DNA from: Macrostomum hystrix
Lineage: Eukaryota > Animalia > Platyhelminthes
Direction: 5' to 3'
DNA: 64,000 nucleotides
Assembly: GCA_950097015.1 (NCBI GenBank)
Contig: CATNEN010000005.1
Span: 1,302,001-1,366,000 of the forward strand
Shown here in pieces: positions 1 to 13,220 of the stretch. Below the pieces are notes generated by a model that made no database searches, was not told the DNA's origin, and worked only from the letters and a program-made list of their open reading frames with translations. A program made the position numbers and the translations under genes. Position 1 is the stretch's first letter. Each line of letters opens with the position of its first letter.

Positions 1-190
1 GCGGCTGCGCCCCAAATAAAATTGGCCTCGCCGTGGGCAATTTAGGCTAAGTTCAAATGTGGCGAGGCCACATTTATTAGTTTTTTGTGTTTCAGAGGCG
101 CAATGCATTTCTAGGCACATAAAACGGCATGGTCTAAAAGCTAATAAGAATTCCCAACCCCAACAACCGAATTCCCAAATCCCCGCCCAG

Positions 191-443
191 ACCGGATGCG
201 CCAGCAGCTGCTCAACAGTTGCCAGCCTACGGCTACCTGGCCAGCGAATGCGTCGCCCAAGTTGGCCAGTACCTGCTGCACCTGCCCCAGCAGTTGGGGC
301 CGTTCTTGTCCGCGGACACGCCCGGACTACGGTCCGCGATCGCTCATTCTGGATTGGCTCAGCTGCTGGCTCAGCATCAGCACAGGCCGGGTCAGCAGCA
401 GGCTGCTGCACCGACTGAGCCAGATCATTCTGTGGCTGATCAG
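191..443 (+). CDS. COG7: COG7 (conserved oligomeric Golgi subunit 7), penultimate exon; gene begins upstream of window
   Basis: Frame LPAYGYLASECVAQVGQYLLHLPQQLGPF resembles the COG7 C-terminal LPxFSxxPxEYIxxIGQYxxxLPxxLEPF segment; acceptor ccccgcccag at 181-190, donor CAG|gtgcga at 443/444, phase 0. Confidence 0.8.
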
Positions 444-481
444 GTGCGATAAGGATCTTATCCTCTTTCTGATCCTCTTAG

Positions 482-1125
482 TTATCCTCAAGTCGGGATG
501 ATATTCCCAATTATCCTCAAGTCGGGATGATATTCCCAATTATCCTCAAGTCGGGATGATATTCCCAAATATCCTCAAGTCGGGATGATATTCCCAATTA
601 TCCTCAAGTCGGGATGATATTCCCAATTATCCTCAATTCGGGATGATATTCCCAATTATCCTCAATTCGGGATGATATTCCCAATTATCCTCAATTCGGG
701 ATGATATTCCCAATTATCCTCAATTCGGGATGATATTCCCAATTATCCTCAATTCGGGATGATATTCCCAATTATCCTCAAGTCGGGATGATATTCCCAA
801 TTATCCTCAAGTCGGGATGATATTCCCAATTATCCTCAAGTCGGGATGATATTCCCAATTATCCTCAAGTCGGGATGATATTCCCAATTATCCTCAAGTC
901 GGGATGATATTCCCAATTATCCTCAAGTCGGGATGATATTCCCAATTATCCTCAAGTCGGGATGATATTCCCAATTATCCTCAATTCGGGATGATATTCC
1001 CAATTATCCTCAAGTCGGGATGATATTCCCAATTATCCTCAAGTCGGGATGATATTCCCAATTATCCTCAAGTCAAGATGATATTCCCAATTATCCTCAA
1101 GTCGGGATGTTTTTCCCAATTCCTC
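482..1125. repeat. 29-bp minisatellite (ttatcctcaagtcgggatgatattcccaa), about 22 copies, in COG7 intron
   Basis: Period 29 seen directly (482, 511, 540...). Confidence 0.95.
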
Positions 1126-1133
1126 ATCTGCAG

Positions 1134-1457
1134 CAGCCGCAATCCCCAGCTGGCATCGAGCTGTGGATCGAATGCGTAGCCGCCCACGCAATGGATCGCT
1201 TCGTTGAGCGAGCCCTGGAGATTCCTAGGCTAGTCCCCCAATCGGCAGTTCAGCAGCTCATCACTGATGCCAACTATCTGGCCAGCTGTCTGGACGATCT
1301 CGGCGTTGCTCCCAGTGACCGGTTGCAGGCGATGCGCGATTTAATAGCTGCGCCTGACGCTACGGCATTTCACCTGCGGGCCGCGGAGGGCGCGCCTAGG
1401 CGAATCACCGCTGCCGTAGCCAAAATGCGGGACTTCTCTGGCGACACGGGCCGCTGA
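1134..1457 (+). CDS. COG7: COG7 last exon
   Basis: WIECVAAHAMDRFVERALEIPRL...QQLITDANYLASCLDDLGVAPSDRL...PRRITAAVAKMR matches the COG7 C-terminus pattern; tandem cagcag acceptor at 1131-1136; stop at 1455-1457. Confidence 0.85.
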   Translation, partial: QPQSPAGIELWIECVAAHAMDRFVERALEIPRLVPQSAVQQLITDANYLASCLDDLGVAPSDRLQAMRDLIAAPDATAFHLRAAEGAPRRITAAVAKMRDFSGDTGR

Positions 1458-1535
1458 TATTTGCACATCTGGTTTATTGCCTACAAGCGATGGGCATGAG
1501 GGTTGGTTAACTTCGGCCTGCTAAGCTCCTGACCC

Positions 1536-1990
1536 TTGTCTCATCTCCCCTGTCTCATCTCTTTTGCCTTCAAAGTCTCATCTCCCCTGTCTCATCTCTC
1601 CTGTCTCATCTCTCCCCTGTGTCATATATCCCCTGTGTCATCTCTCCAATGTCTGATCTCTCCCCTGTGTCATCTCTCCAATGTCTCATCTCTCCCCTGT
1701 CTCATCTCTCCCCTGTGTCATATCTCCCCTGTCTCATCTCTCCCCTGTCTCATCTCTCCCCAGTGTCATCTCTCCCCTGTCTCATCTCTCCAATGTCTCA
1801 TCTCTCCCCTGTCTCATCTCTCCCCTGTCTCATCTCTCTAATGTCTCATCTCTGCCCCGTGTCATCTCTCCTGTCTTATCTCCCTGTGTCATCTCTCCAG
1901 TGTCTTATCTCTCCCCTGTGTCATCTCTCCAATGTCTCATCTCTCTCAAGTCTCATCTCTTCCCATGTGCCATCTCTCCCCTCTCTCAAA
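1536..1990. repeat. Degenerate 16-bp minisatellite (ctgtctcatctctccc)
   Basis: Repeated tctcatctctcccctg units; related arrays at about 5.0, 49.2 and 59.1 kb. Confidence 0.9.
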
Positions 1991-2547
1991 CTCTTCAGTC
2001 TTCACTCTCAATCAGCCAGCCAGCCAGCTGTTGTTCATTAGACTCTATTATTTGATGAGTTTGGCCGAGGTGAGTTAGGTGTGAGATAATTGCTGTTGTT
2101 ATTCGCATCTGGAGTCTCAAAGGTTCACCTTAGGTTGAATTGTTTATTTTGCTAGTTGCTAAATGTATTTGCTGTGACCGTGTTAACGGCATTCATTTAG
2201 TATTTGGCCTTATCTCGTGTCGTTTCTCATGCAACATTCCAATGCCTTTTATGAAAAAATCTACAAATGAATTCTAGATATTCGCGCTTATAAAATGGCA
2301 TACGTTTAGCTCGTAAAAGATAATATATTGGCAAGCAGGAAAACGTTTGTTCACATAAACAACTCTAGAATATCATGGCTCGTATAGAAAAAAAATTTGC
2401 AATCTTTTAGTACCACTAAATGCTGTCCTGGCTGTATCCTTGACATACGAGCGAATATAGTCGCTTTATTTGGCAGTTAATTTAACTTAATTTAATATTC
2501 TTTTTTACTTTTTTTACTCTAACACGCAGTTGAAAAAAAGAGGCTTT

Positions 2548-3062
2548 CACAATATCCATTTCAGCTCCCACAATATCCATTTCAGCTACCACAATATCCA
2601 TTTCAGCTACCACAATATCCATTTCAGCTCCCACAATATCCATTTCAGCTCCCACAATATCCATTTCAGCTCCCACAATATCCATTTCAGCTCCTACAAT
2701 ATCCATTTCAGCCCCTCACAATATCCATTTCAGCTATCACAATATCAATTTCAGCCCCTCACAATATCCATTTCAGCTACCACAATATCCATTTCAGCTC
2801 CCACAATATCCATTTCAGCTATCACAATATCCATTTTAGCCCCTCACAATATCCATTTCAGCTATCACAATGTCCATTTCAGCCCCTCACAATATCCATT
2901 TCAGCCCCTCACAATATCCATTTCAGCTATCACAATATCCATTTCAGCCCCTCACAATGTCCATTTCAGCCCCTCACAATATCCATTTCATCTATCACAA
3001 TATCCATTTCAGCCCCTCACAATATCCATTTTAGCTCCCACAATATCCATTTCAGCTCCCAC
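2548..3062. repeat. 21-bp minisatellite (cacaatatccatttcagctcc), about 24 copies
   Basis: Direct tandem units visible. Confidence 0.95.
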
Positions 3063-3200
3063 AGACATTTCAGCCTATCTTTTGCAATTATCAGACAACA
3101 GTTTTATCAGTGAAGCCGTAGTTGTAACCACGGAGATTAGCAATTAAAATTCCGCATCGATCGCACTTTTTCCAGATATATCTTATTTGAAATCCGCGCC

Positions 3201-4361
3201 ATGGACAATCGATTCGCGACCTCATCTTCGGCTGCAGCTTCGGCGGCTGCGGCCGACAAGCTGGCAGCCAAGCGTCAGCAGGCGGAGAAGGCCGCCCTTC
3301 GACGCATTCGCAAGTGCATGCAGCCGCGCGAATGTTTGAAACACGTCGCCGTATTGTTGGACGACCGTCTGGCCAATGATTCGCGCCTCGGCCCGTCCAT
3401 CATCGGCTGTCTGAACGGACAGCAGATTGTCCGGCTAGATGACCGGCCGCCGCTGCCGTCCATTCGCTGGCGCCGAAACGTCCACGCTTTAGACCCCGCC
3501 GCAATGGCCGACCTGGCACACGACGCACTTCGGTCTGCCGCCGTTGAATTCGAAGAACTCGAACCAGACTGTCTCCTAGTGATGGACGGTCGTCAACTTG
3601 TTGAACTAATTCAACAGAAGCGTCAGGATCAGTTGGACTCTTTGGTCTTTCCGTTTGAATTAAATTCTAACAGTGGCGATGGCACCGCAGCGTCTTGGGC
3701 TCCGACCCTGATTGTGTACGACCTCGATCGTCACGTGACTCAGCCTAGTCGGGCTGCCGAGGGCAACGCCCTGCGCGCCATGATGCAGCCCGCAGCTGCT
3801 GGTAAGCCGCTTACTGCTGGTAAGCGATGCAAGACAGCCTCCTGTGACTCGATAGTCGTGACCCGCCTGCAGTGCGAGGAACTGTTTGTCGATCTGCAGC
3901 TTAGTCGCGGCGTCACGGTGCGAGTGCTGGAGGACCCTGTACAGATTGGCAAATTAGTTTATTGCCTAACAAAAGCCGTAGCCGAACGGCCGTTCAAGGC
4001 TGCCCGCCTGGAGTCGGCCTTCTCGTTTCACGTTGGCGGAGTTGGCGCCGGCTGTCGCTTGGAAGACAATCAGGACGGCTTGCCAACGGGCATGGACGAC
4101 CTGTGGCGCTGCCAGCTGCAGTGCTTTCCACTGGTCACTGCTGAGGTCGCGCGGGCCATCATGCGGGCTTATCCATCGCCCGGACACCTGCTGAAAGCGT
4201 ACGCCGCTTGTGGCAGCGCTGACGAGGCTGTGAAACTCATAGCCGATCTTCAGGTGTGCAAAGGCACGGGCCCGCTCAGCACAGCCAGGCGGCTGGGCCC
4301 GGAGCTGGGGAAGAGAATATTCGCATTCTATTCATCTCGTGATCCAAATCAAGTTCTATAA
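3201..4361 (+). CDS. EME1: Crossover junction endonuclease subunit EME1 (inactive ERCC4 fold + HhH), intronless, 386 aa
   Basis: QPRECLKHVAVLLD near the N-terminus and LQCFPLVTAEVARAIMRAYPSPGHLLKAY...LIADLQV...STARRLGPELGKRIF at the C-terminus match EME1 motifs. Confidence 0.88.
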   Translation: MDNRFATSSSAAASAAAADKLAAKRQQAEKAALRRIRKCMQPRECLKHVAVLLDDRLANDSRLGPSIIGCLNGQQIVRLDDRPPLPSIRWRRNVHALDPAAMADLAHDALRSAAVEFEELEPDCLLVMDGRQLVELIQQKRQDQLDSLVFPFELNSNSGDGTAASWAPTLIVYDLDRHVTQPSRAAEGNALRAMMQPAAAGKPLTAGKRCKTASCDSIVVTRLQCEELFVDLQLSRGVTVRVLEDPVQIGKLVYCLTKAVAERPFKAARLESAFSFHVGGVGAGCRLEDNQDGLPTGMDDLWRCQLQCFPLVTAEVARAIMRAYPSPGHLLKAYAACGSADEAVKLIADLQVCKGTGPLSTARRLGPELGKRIFAFYSSRDPNQVL

Positions 4362-4499
4362 CTAACGCTGTTCCAAATAATTCTTTCTAGGTTCTGTACC
4401 GTTCCTTCAGTGCTTACATAAATCAAAAAGTGCATTTCAAATTAATGCATCATTGCAATTCTATTTATTGCTCTTTACAAACTGTATTTTTGGGTCTAT

Positions 4500-4565
4500 G
4501 AGAATTTCCCGCAGGTATTTTTTCCGCCGAGCTTTCCCCGCACGAGTTTTTCCCGCACGAGATTT
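4500..4565. repeat. Short dispersed repeat, inverted relative to the copy at about 7100-7240
   Basis: gagaatttcccgcaggtattttttccgccgagctttccccgcacgag is the near reverse complement of ctcgtgcggggaaagctcggcgggaaaaatacctgcgggaaaatctc near 7180-7225. Confidence 0.75.
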
Positions 4566-4897
4566 TCTTTATAATTTCTTTCTTAATTCGAAGCCTCTGA
4601 ATTAAACAAAACGACCCAGTCAAGGCCTTTGTACTTTTTGCGTCACCAATTTGGCACGCACTAGAGTGGTAATTCAATGTTTACTAAACTCAGTAAAAAC
4701 AAAAACAAGTAATCAGTTTTAATGAGCTCAGTTTTAATGTCTACTCGAGGCATATCAGAAGCATTTAAGCAGAACCAGACACTAAAAACAAAGGCCCAAG
4801 ACATTTACGTTGTTATTGCAAAACACTTAATCGGAGACGGGGAGCAGTTCTTCTTTCGTGCACTTTGAGCGAGTAAACATGTATCGAAACTTTAGGA

Positions 4898-5568
<671 letters not shown>

Positions 5569-6092
5569 CTTTAGGAGAACGTACCCTCAGTGCGCTTAGA
5601 CTTTTTACAGAAAAGCAGAAGAACAAATCACTTTTTTGAGGAAGCACTTAATCAGCAGGAGAAACTAGGCGTAAAACAGCATTTCGTCAATCCAATCCAT
5701 AGTAGAATCCTAATTAGAATCCCAGTTAGACTCCTTAACTTATATTTTTCCCAGGTTGTTAAAGAACAATTTTCTTTAAGCAAAGCTATCAAAAGGGATA
5801 GAAAAAATGCAACTAATCCATCATCAGCTGCATAACGCCATGCATTCGATTCGAGTTTCTTATAATTTTGAAGTCTATCTGAGTCGTACGCTCGTATATC
5901 TTATATATCTTAAATCATGCTCTGAATGTACTAATATATTATTTTACACATTGTGGGAACTCTATAGTTTCGCCGTATGCCATGTTTCATAGAGACAGAC
6001 AGCCAGACAGGCACTGAATAAAGAAATAACTTTAAAAAAGGAAAGCCATTAGCAGAGACGCGATTTTTTTTGATAAATTCGACACAGGTAGC

Positions 6093-6097
6093 CAGCC

Positions 6098-6140
<43 letters not shown>

Positions 6141-6188
6141 ACCGTAGTCAGACAGACAGACTGACTGACTGACTGACTGACTGACAGG
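6093..6188. repeat. (GACA)n/(GACT)n microsatellite
   Basis: Seen directly. Confidence 0.9.
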
Positions 6189-7052
6189 TAGGGATGCCAA
6201 CCGGTTTTTAAACCGGTTTAAAAACGGTTTTTAGCAGGAAAACCGGTTCTAAAAAACCCGGTTTTTTTGTCCGGTTTTTTGACGGTTTTTAATGGGTTTT
6301 CAATTTTAATTATGTCTCACAGAGTCACAATTTTTGCACATTTAAGACAAAATAACTGGTAACAAAATTTGCTTCGTGGTGGCAGCGCTACTAAGTCCTT
6401 TCAAATTGAACATTAAACTTAAAATTAAATCTAAGTTGAACTTGAAGTATAAATCTAAATTGGGGCCTAATCTAAAACTATCTAAGTCTAAACCTAAAAA
6501 CATCAAGGGTTCGCCGTTTCTAATCTAACCATCCCAGGGTACCGCCATTTCGAGACTGTGACCAGTTTGCCTTGGCCAAAATTATCAAATTAATCAATCA
6601 TTGCTACCAGTGCATCATTAAGTTTAAAGTAATCTAATTATTCAGCAAAATTAAGAGTTCGCGAATTAGTTACGAACTGATCCGAACTAAATCTCAATTT
6701 ATATTAAGTTCGCATTGGGTCTTTATTTTAGTTCGCATTTAGTTCGCATTGGCTACGGAACGATTCCGAAGAAAGTCCACGGAAAATTTGAATTGGCACG
6801 ATATTCAATTTCCGCGAAACCTAACTATAACAAATTTAAAATTAATAATTCCAAGAAACTTTTATTATTATTAATCGGCACGCACACCTTTAACAAATTC
6901 ACGATTGTATATAAGTTCTATCTTCTATGCTTATTTAGTGCTTTTTAAAAACTTGGCACACAAACCGGTTTTTAAAGCCCGGTTTTCTTATAAAAGGCGG
7001 TTTTCAAACCGTTTAACCGGTTCTCAAAAAGGGCCGGTTTTTGGCATCTCTA
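6189..7052. mobile_element. Non-autonomous hAT element
   Basis: TIR tagggatgccaa / ttggcatctcta (1 mismatch); 8-bp TSD ctgacagg at 6181-6188 and 7053-7060; many subterminal accggt motifs at both ends. Confidence 0.9.
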
Positions 7053-7099
7053 CTGACAGGTAGGAAGGTAAACAAACCAGAAATTTCTTGCGGTAAAAT

Positions 7100-7240
7100 C
7101 TTTCTGCGGGAAAAAGTCTGCGGGGAAAATTCGTGCGGGAAACTCTCGCTACGGTAAAAACTCGCTGCGAGAGAATCTCGTGCGGGGAAAGCTCGGCGGG
7201 AAAAATACCTGCGGGAAAATCTCGTGCTCCCGTATTTTTG
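7100..7240. repeat. Degenerate cgggaaaa-type short repeats; inverted partner of 4500-4565
   Basis: tgcggggaaaa / tgcgggaaaa units; reverse-complement match to 4500-4565. Confidence 0.7.
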
Positions 7241-7338
7241 CGTAAGTGTCACGGTGTCATTGTTAAAATACAAATAGAAGAGATCAAGAAACAAGTTTTC
7301 TGTTCACATATTATGCAAAATATTTTGATACGTATCAT

Positions 7339-8615
7339 TTATATTACGCATCGACTCATTGGTACAATTTTACCAAGGCTTAAAATACCAGAGTTTGCAT
7401 TCTGATTCCTGTAGCTGAGGTGCAAGAACCTGTGCACCATGTACGACGTGTTCGGCAGCTGCTTCGTCTTGAAGCCGTCGGCTGCCAGCAGCCGGCAGTG
7501 TCGCAGCTGCAGCTCGGTGAGCTTGCGCGGGTTGGCGCAGTTGTACTTCTTCATCCTGCTCGGGGAGTACCAGTGGTCACACAGCGGCTGGAAGGCGTCC
7601 GCCTCGGCCAGCATGTTGCCGCACCAGTCTGCAGGTCTCTCACTCAGAGCCAGTGCGGTGTACTTGTCGTAGAATGACTGCAGCATCATGGGTCCTGTCA
7701 CGAAGACCGCATCGCTGGGAACTCTTTTAGTTTTCTTGGCCCAGTGCTGCTCAAACCAGGCAGGCCAGTGCTCAAGAACGAAGCTCAGGAAGCTGTGGTT
7801 CGCTCGACTCATCATCACCGCATTCGAAATCATCGAGCTGATGTTGAAGATGAAAGCGGCATGCTCGGGTGGCTCCTGGCTCCACACAGCTGACTGGCAG
7901 CTGAAGTTGGCTGACAGTCCGGCTCCCCGCAGTCCCGACGGTCTCAGCAGCGGCGAAGGGTCTCGGAGCAGCTCAACATCCGTGTCCACGTACAGGCCGC
8001 CGACATGATGCAGCACGACCAGACGACCGATGTCCGATCGCTCCAGTCCGTTGACCAGCTTGCTGTAGGTGCGGCTCAGCTTCGGGTAGTGCTTGGAGAT
8101 GAGCTCGGAGATCTGATTGTCGTCCCAGTGCATGAACTGCCACCGTTGCTGGGCATCGCTTTCGTTGCTGCTGCTGCTGCTGTCCAGCAATCGCTTCCAA
8201 GAGCGCACAATGGGGCTCAGCTTCTGATGCAAGCGGCCGTCTTTCGTAGTCCAGTGCACAATGGGCGGTATCGATTCAGGGAAGCGATTGTGCAGCGAGC
8301 TGCAAGGCAGTCCGTCCGTCAGTGGCTCAGCTTCCCAAGGCGAAATGTTTGCGGTGCCGCCTTCCAACTCCAGACTGTGTTGTGCCGTCTGGCGTCGGAC
8401 AGTCAGGTGTACCAGCTGGTAGGTTAAAGTTACCACCAGGATGATGAGCAGCAGTTTTTCTTGGATCTCTGAAAGTGAAAAATGCACAATTAGCAAGAAT
8501 TTAAACTTAGCACCGAAATCCTTTTATTTGCACCGGAGTCAGTATTCAAATCGTGTCGCTTGTTTAGATTGAACTCACTTGGAATGCAACGGCGCAAAAA
8601 TATTTTGCTGATCAT
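7339..8615 (-). CDS. GT32/DXD glycosyltransferase paralog 1 (type II membrane); exons 8615-8579 and 8468-7339
   Basis: IPPIVHWT...SW...WQFMHWDD...ERSDIGRLVVLHHVGGLYVDTDV (DxD)...SNAVMMS...TGP are Gly_transf_sug/OCH1-like motifs; a 37-nt ATG exon (MISKIFLRRCIP, donor gtgagt) splices in phase 1 to a tttcag acceptor; hydrophobic anchor LLLIILVVTLTY. Confidence 0.85.
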
Positions 8616-9726
8616 CTCGTCCGACAGAAAAAAACAAATGGCCTAATATTAATACTTTAATATTCAAATGGACTTCAATTTAATTACAATCGGGTTTAAG
8701 TTTTAGCAAATTCCACAGTTATGGTTGAGGTCCTGTTAGTTTTTCGTTGATAACGTCTCTTTCCTTTGTCTGTTAGAAAAAAATTGAATTAATATAACGA
8801 AGAGACTTGCCGCTATAATACTGTGTAAAATCACGTTATTTGAACCGTCAGAACAAAAGATATAATCAAAAGTAACACTACTTTTGGGACAGCCCTCGTA
8901 ATTAAGCTCTGAGTCTAGGATAAAAGTAACAAAAAATCCCGACTAAACCGAGTTAGGAGTTAGGAGTTCGAGTTTGGAGTTGATATGACTTTGCAAGATC
9001 TACGCTCGTATTTTATTGGCTGCAATTGTGCAGAGGACTGATTTCATATCAGCCTTCCGCCAAGCCTACCGCTTGGTCTGCTCTGTGCCAGAGGCTTCTA
9101 GAAATAACAACTGGACCCGCAAGGCACAGCGATGACTAATGTTTTCCCTGCAAGTTGAGGCCGGCATTTTTAGGGGCAGAGCAGAGTTGTTATTTCTAGA
9201 AGTCTCTGCTCTGTGCGTGTGGGGCTGGGGTGGGGGCTGCCTATTCTGGGTGCCACCTGCCCTCCCCACCTGCGTGCCGCTCCGTCGCTTGTGCGACAAG
9301 TGCCCCGGCCCCCCTGCAAATAGATAGATAGATTGTGCAGAGGGTCGAGCTTTGTGCATATTCGCGTATTTGATGAGTGATGACTATACTGTCTATGTAC
9401 GAGTGAGGGTGAGACCGTTTCAAACTGCAGGGGTCAATTCTCAATTGGTGTAGAGCATTAGCCTTCAGTATACCCAGGCATTGAAGATTAAACACGGGGT
9501 ATTAAGAAGACTTGCTAGCAGTTTTAAGCTAGTTTTCTTACCAGTCCAAAGCTTTTGCAGTGTCCAAGAAAAATGTGAAGATTTGACTTCTTCAGCTAAA
9601 CCTAAAGCTGAACACGTCACATAATCCCGCTAATCCAGAATCGGATTTTTTTCTAATATATCACCCTTCTTTGCTCCACTATGACAGAAATTCATTTTTT
9701 GTTTTTATATCGAAATTGGGGTCTAT

Positions 9727-10338
9727 GAAATTTGCTTGCCGAAGTTTGCTTGCCGAGCTTTGCTTGCGGAGGTCTTCTTGCCGAAGTTTGCTTGCCGAAG
9801 TTTGCTTGCCGAGCTTTGCTTGCGGAGGTCTTCTTGCCGAAGTTTGCTTGCCGAAGTTTGCTTGCCGAGCTTTGCTTGCGGAGGTCTTCTTGCCGAAGTT
9901 TGCTTGCCGAAGTTTGCTTGCCGAGCTTTGCTTGCGGAGGTCTTCTTGCCGAAGTTTGCTTGCCGAAGTTTGCTTGCCGAGCTTTGCTTGTGGTCTTCTT
10001 GACGAAGTTTGCTTGCGGATGTCTTCTTGCCGAAGTTTGCTTGCGGATGTCTTCTTGCCGAAGTTTTCTTGCGGATGTCTTCTTGCCGAAGTTTTCTTGC
10101 GGATGTCTTCTTGCCGAAGTTTTCTTGCGGATGTCTTCTTGCTAAAGTTTGCTTGCGGAGGTCTTCTTGCCGAAGTTTTCTTGCGGATGTCTTCTTGCCG
10201 AAGTTTGCTTGCGGATGTCTTCTTGCCGAAGTTTGCTTGCGGATGTCTTCTTGCCGAAGTTTGCTTGTGGAGGTCTTCTTGCCGAAGTTTGCTTGCGGAT
10301 GTCTTCTTGCCGAAGTTTGCTTGCCGAGCTTTGCTTGC
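9727..10338. repeat. 14-bp-subunit higher-order minisatellite (gaagtttgcttgcc / gagctttgcttgcg / gaggtcttcttgcc)
   Basis: Seen directly; explains the overlapping ORFs in several frames. Confidence 0.93.
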
Positions 10339-11087
10339 TGAACCTTAACTAAGCCTCTCGTTGTGCTCATATATATATTTGTAGTTAATACTCGTACATC
10401 TAGACGAATTCGTCTTGTAGTTAGCTCATAGCTCTGCCTGTTATTACCACCACTATCATATTCGCTAATCGCTATCGTGCTGAAATCAGGAACTGCTACA
10501 ATTTATGCTGCTATTATCCTTCTATTATACTAAATCCTTCGTGTACAAATCCCAAGGCTAGTTCGAAAGCTTACTGTGAGTGAGTTTAATGTGAGCTTAT
10601 AGGCTAACATTAGCTTAAAGCTTGCTGTGAGCTCGGTGGAAAATTGTACTGTCCCACCGAGGTACCTGAGCTCGAATCCGCGACGAAGCCGCATAAATTT
10701 GGGGCGCAGCCACGTTGAGAAGGCTTTAAAGCTTTTCGTGTAATTTGCGTCCATAATGAATAACCCCAAGGCACAGCGACAGTGCACACTGATTGACAAT
10801 GAGAAAATCAGTGGCTGGAAAAATGTACACATGTGTGAGTGTGTGCCTAGTTGAGCCACCGTGGTACTAGTTAGCTGCTTGGAAACTGCGTGGAAGCACA
10901 TATTTTAGCGGCATTCGACCTGCAGCCAGCGAGGAGGCAATTGTGTTATATCGCTGCTCCAGACACACAGATACGCTGCACAGGTGCGCACTCACACAAG
11001 TGTGTACATCTACCCTGACTTTCTCATCGTCAGGCAGTGTACAGTCTCACTGTGCCTTAGGGTTGGCCCAATTTAACGAAAAGCCTA

Positions 11088-12095
11088 GCTGTCCTGTCCT
11101 AGCTCTCCTGTCCTTAGTCTCCTGTCCTTAGTCACCTGTCCTTACTCTCCTGTCCTAGCTGTCCTGTCCTAGCTCTCCTGTCCTAAGTCTCCTGTCCTAG
11201 CTGTCCTGTCCTAGCTCTCCTGTCCTAAGTCTCCTGTCCTAGCTGTCCTGTCCTAGCTCTCCTGTCCTAAGTCTCCTGTCCTAGCTGTCCTGTCCTAGCT
11301 CTCCTGTCCTAGTTGTGTTGTCCTAGCTCTCCTGTCCTAGCTCTCCTGTCCTAGCTGTGTTGTCCTAGCTCTCCTGTCCTAGCTGTGTTGTCCTAGCTCT
11401 CCTGTCCTAGCTCTCCTGTCCTAGCTCTCCTGTCCTAAGTCTCCTGTCCTAGCTGTCCTGTCCTAGCTCTCCTGTCCTAAGTCTCCTGTCCTAGCTGTCC
11501 TGTCCTAGCTCCCTGTCCTAGCTGTGTTGTCCTAGCTCTCCTGTCCTAGCTCTCCTGTCCTAGCTGTGTTGTCCTAGCTCTCCTGTCCTAGCTCTCCTGT
11601 CCTTAGTCTCCTGTCCTAGCTATCCTGTCCTAAGTCTCCTGTCCTAGCTGTCCTGTCCTAGCTCTCCTGTCCTAACTGTGTTTTCCTAGCTCTCCTGTCC
11701 TAGCTCTTTTGTCCTTAGTCTCCTGTCCTAAGTCTCCTGTCCTTGCTGTCCTGTCCTCGCTCTTCTGTCCTCGCTCTCCTGTCCTAGCTCTCCTGTCCTT
11801 AGTCTCCTGTCCTAAGTCTCCTGTCCTAGCTGTCCTGTCCTCGCTCTTCTGTCCTCGCTCTCCTGTCCTTAGTCTCCTGTCCTTAGTCACCTGTCCTTAG
11901 TCTCCTGTCCTAGCTGTCCTATCCTAGCTGTCCTGTCCTCGCCCTCCTGCCCTAGCTGTCCTGTCCTAGCTTTCCTGTCCTAGCTTTCCTGTCCTAGTTG
12001 TCCTGTCCTAAGTCTCCTGTCCTAGCTGTCTTGTCCTCGCTCTCCTGTCCTAGCTATCCTAGCTGTCCTAGCCCTCCTGCCGTAGCTCTTCTGTC
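11088..12095. repeat. 14-bp minisatellite (gtcctagctctcct and variants)
   Basis: Seen directly. Confidence 0.93.
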
Positions 12096-12489
12096 CTATC
12101 TGTAGCAGAAGAAATTGTTGCTTAGATTGGAATTTTTATATATAATCTCTTGTCTCATATCTCTCCTATATCAATATTGTTCATGCGAATTGTGCGCAGG
12201 TATTCTAGTATTGTTCTGAAGTGACAGTTTGTGAGCTGTGTCTAAACTAACAAACGTGTGAACTAAAACCACATACGACTCGTAGATTTATAAAAGCATA
12301 TTAGCAGTCTGAGGCTAGATTTTAGCTAGTTTTCCAACAATGCGTTTTTTGTGTACGCAATTTTTTGTTTCCACGTCTTTCATTAAACTCTTTATCGCTT
12401 GCTTCAATAGTCTTCTTATTTTTAATGATTACTCATTATAGGATTCTACTGCTATAAGATCAGTTCCCTCCTAGATACACAGGGTGGGA

Positions 12490-13220
12490 TCATCTCCTTC
12501 GCAGATCCTCAGGTTAAGATAATCTCCCCCCAGATCCTCAGGTTGAGATAATCTCCCTCCAAGATCCTCAGGTTGAGATAATCTCCCCCCCAGATCCTCA
12601 GGTTGAGATAATCTCCCTCTCAGATCCTCAGCTTGAGATAATCTCCCTCCCAGATCCTCAGGTTGAGATAATCTCCCTCTCAGATCCTCAGCTTGAGATA
12701 ATCTCCCTCCCAGATCCTCAGGTTAAGATAATCTCCCTCCCAGATCCTCAGGTTGAGATAATCTCCCTCCCAGATCCTCAGGTTGAGATAATCCCCCCAG
12801 ATCCTCAGGTTGAGATAATCTCCCTCTCAGATCCTCAGCTTGAGATAATCTCCCTCCCAGATCCTCAGGTTGAGATAATCTCCCTCCCAGATCCTCAGGT
12901 TGAGATAATCCCCCAGATCCTCAGGTTGAGATAATCTCCCTCTCAGATCCTCAGCTTGAGATAATCTCCCTCCCAGATCCTCAGGTTAAGATAATCTCCC
13001 TCCCAGATCCTCAGGTTGAGATAATCTCCCCCCCAGATCCTCAGGTTGAGATAATCTCCCTCTCAGATCCTCAGCTTGAGATAATCTCCCTCCCAGATCC
13101 TCAGGTTAAGTTAATCTCCCCCCGGATCCTCAGGTTGAGATAATCTCCCTGCCAGATCCTCATGTTGAGATAATCTCCCTCCCAGATCATAAGTTTGAGA
13201 TCATGTCCTTCTCAGATCCT
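12490..13220. repeat. 30-bp minisatellite (cagatcctcaggttgagataatctccctcc), about 24 copies
   Basis: Seen directly; internal dyads gagat-a-atctc and ctca-ggt-tgag. Confidence 0.95.

Noticed and set aside
59-539. ORFs 59-418, 196-501 and 327-539
   Set aside because: Alternative frames over the COG7 exon and its intron; only the 219 frame matches COG7 and fits the splice phases
482-1125. CRISPR-like regular 29-34-bp repeats with dyads (also 12.5, 46.9 and 50.9 kb)
   Set aside because: No unique spacers, no cas genes, and located in eukaryotic introns or intergenic DNA
7420-8427. Plus-strand ORFs recurring over each GT paralog (for example MAQCCSNQGGQCSRTKLRK…)
   Set aside because: Antisense shadows of the GC-rich, homogenised GT core; their recurrence reflects GT sequence identity
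9025-9345. 12-bp direct repeat attgtgcagagg flanking about 300 bp, a possible TSD
   Set aside because: No tail, TIR or second copy found to define an element
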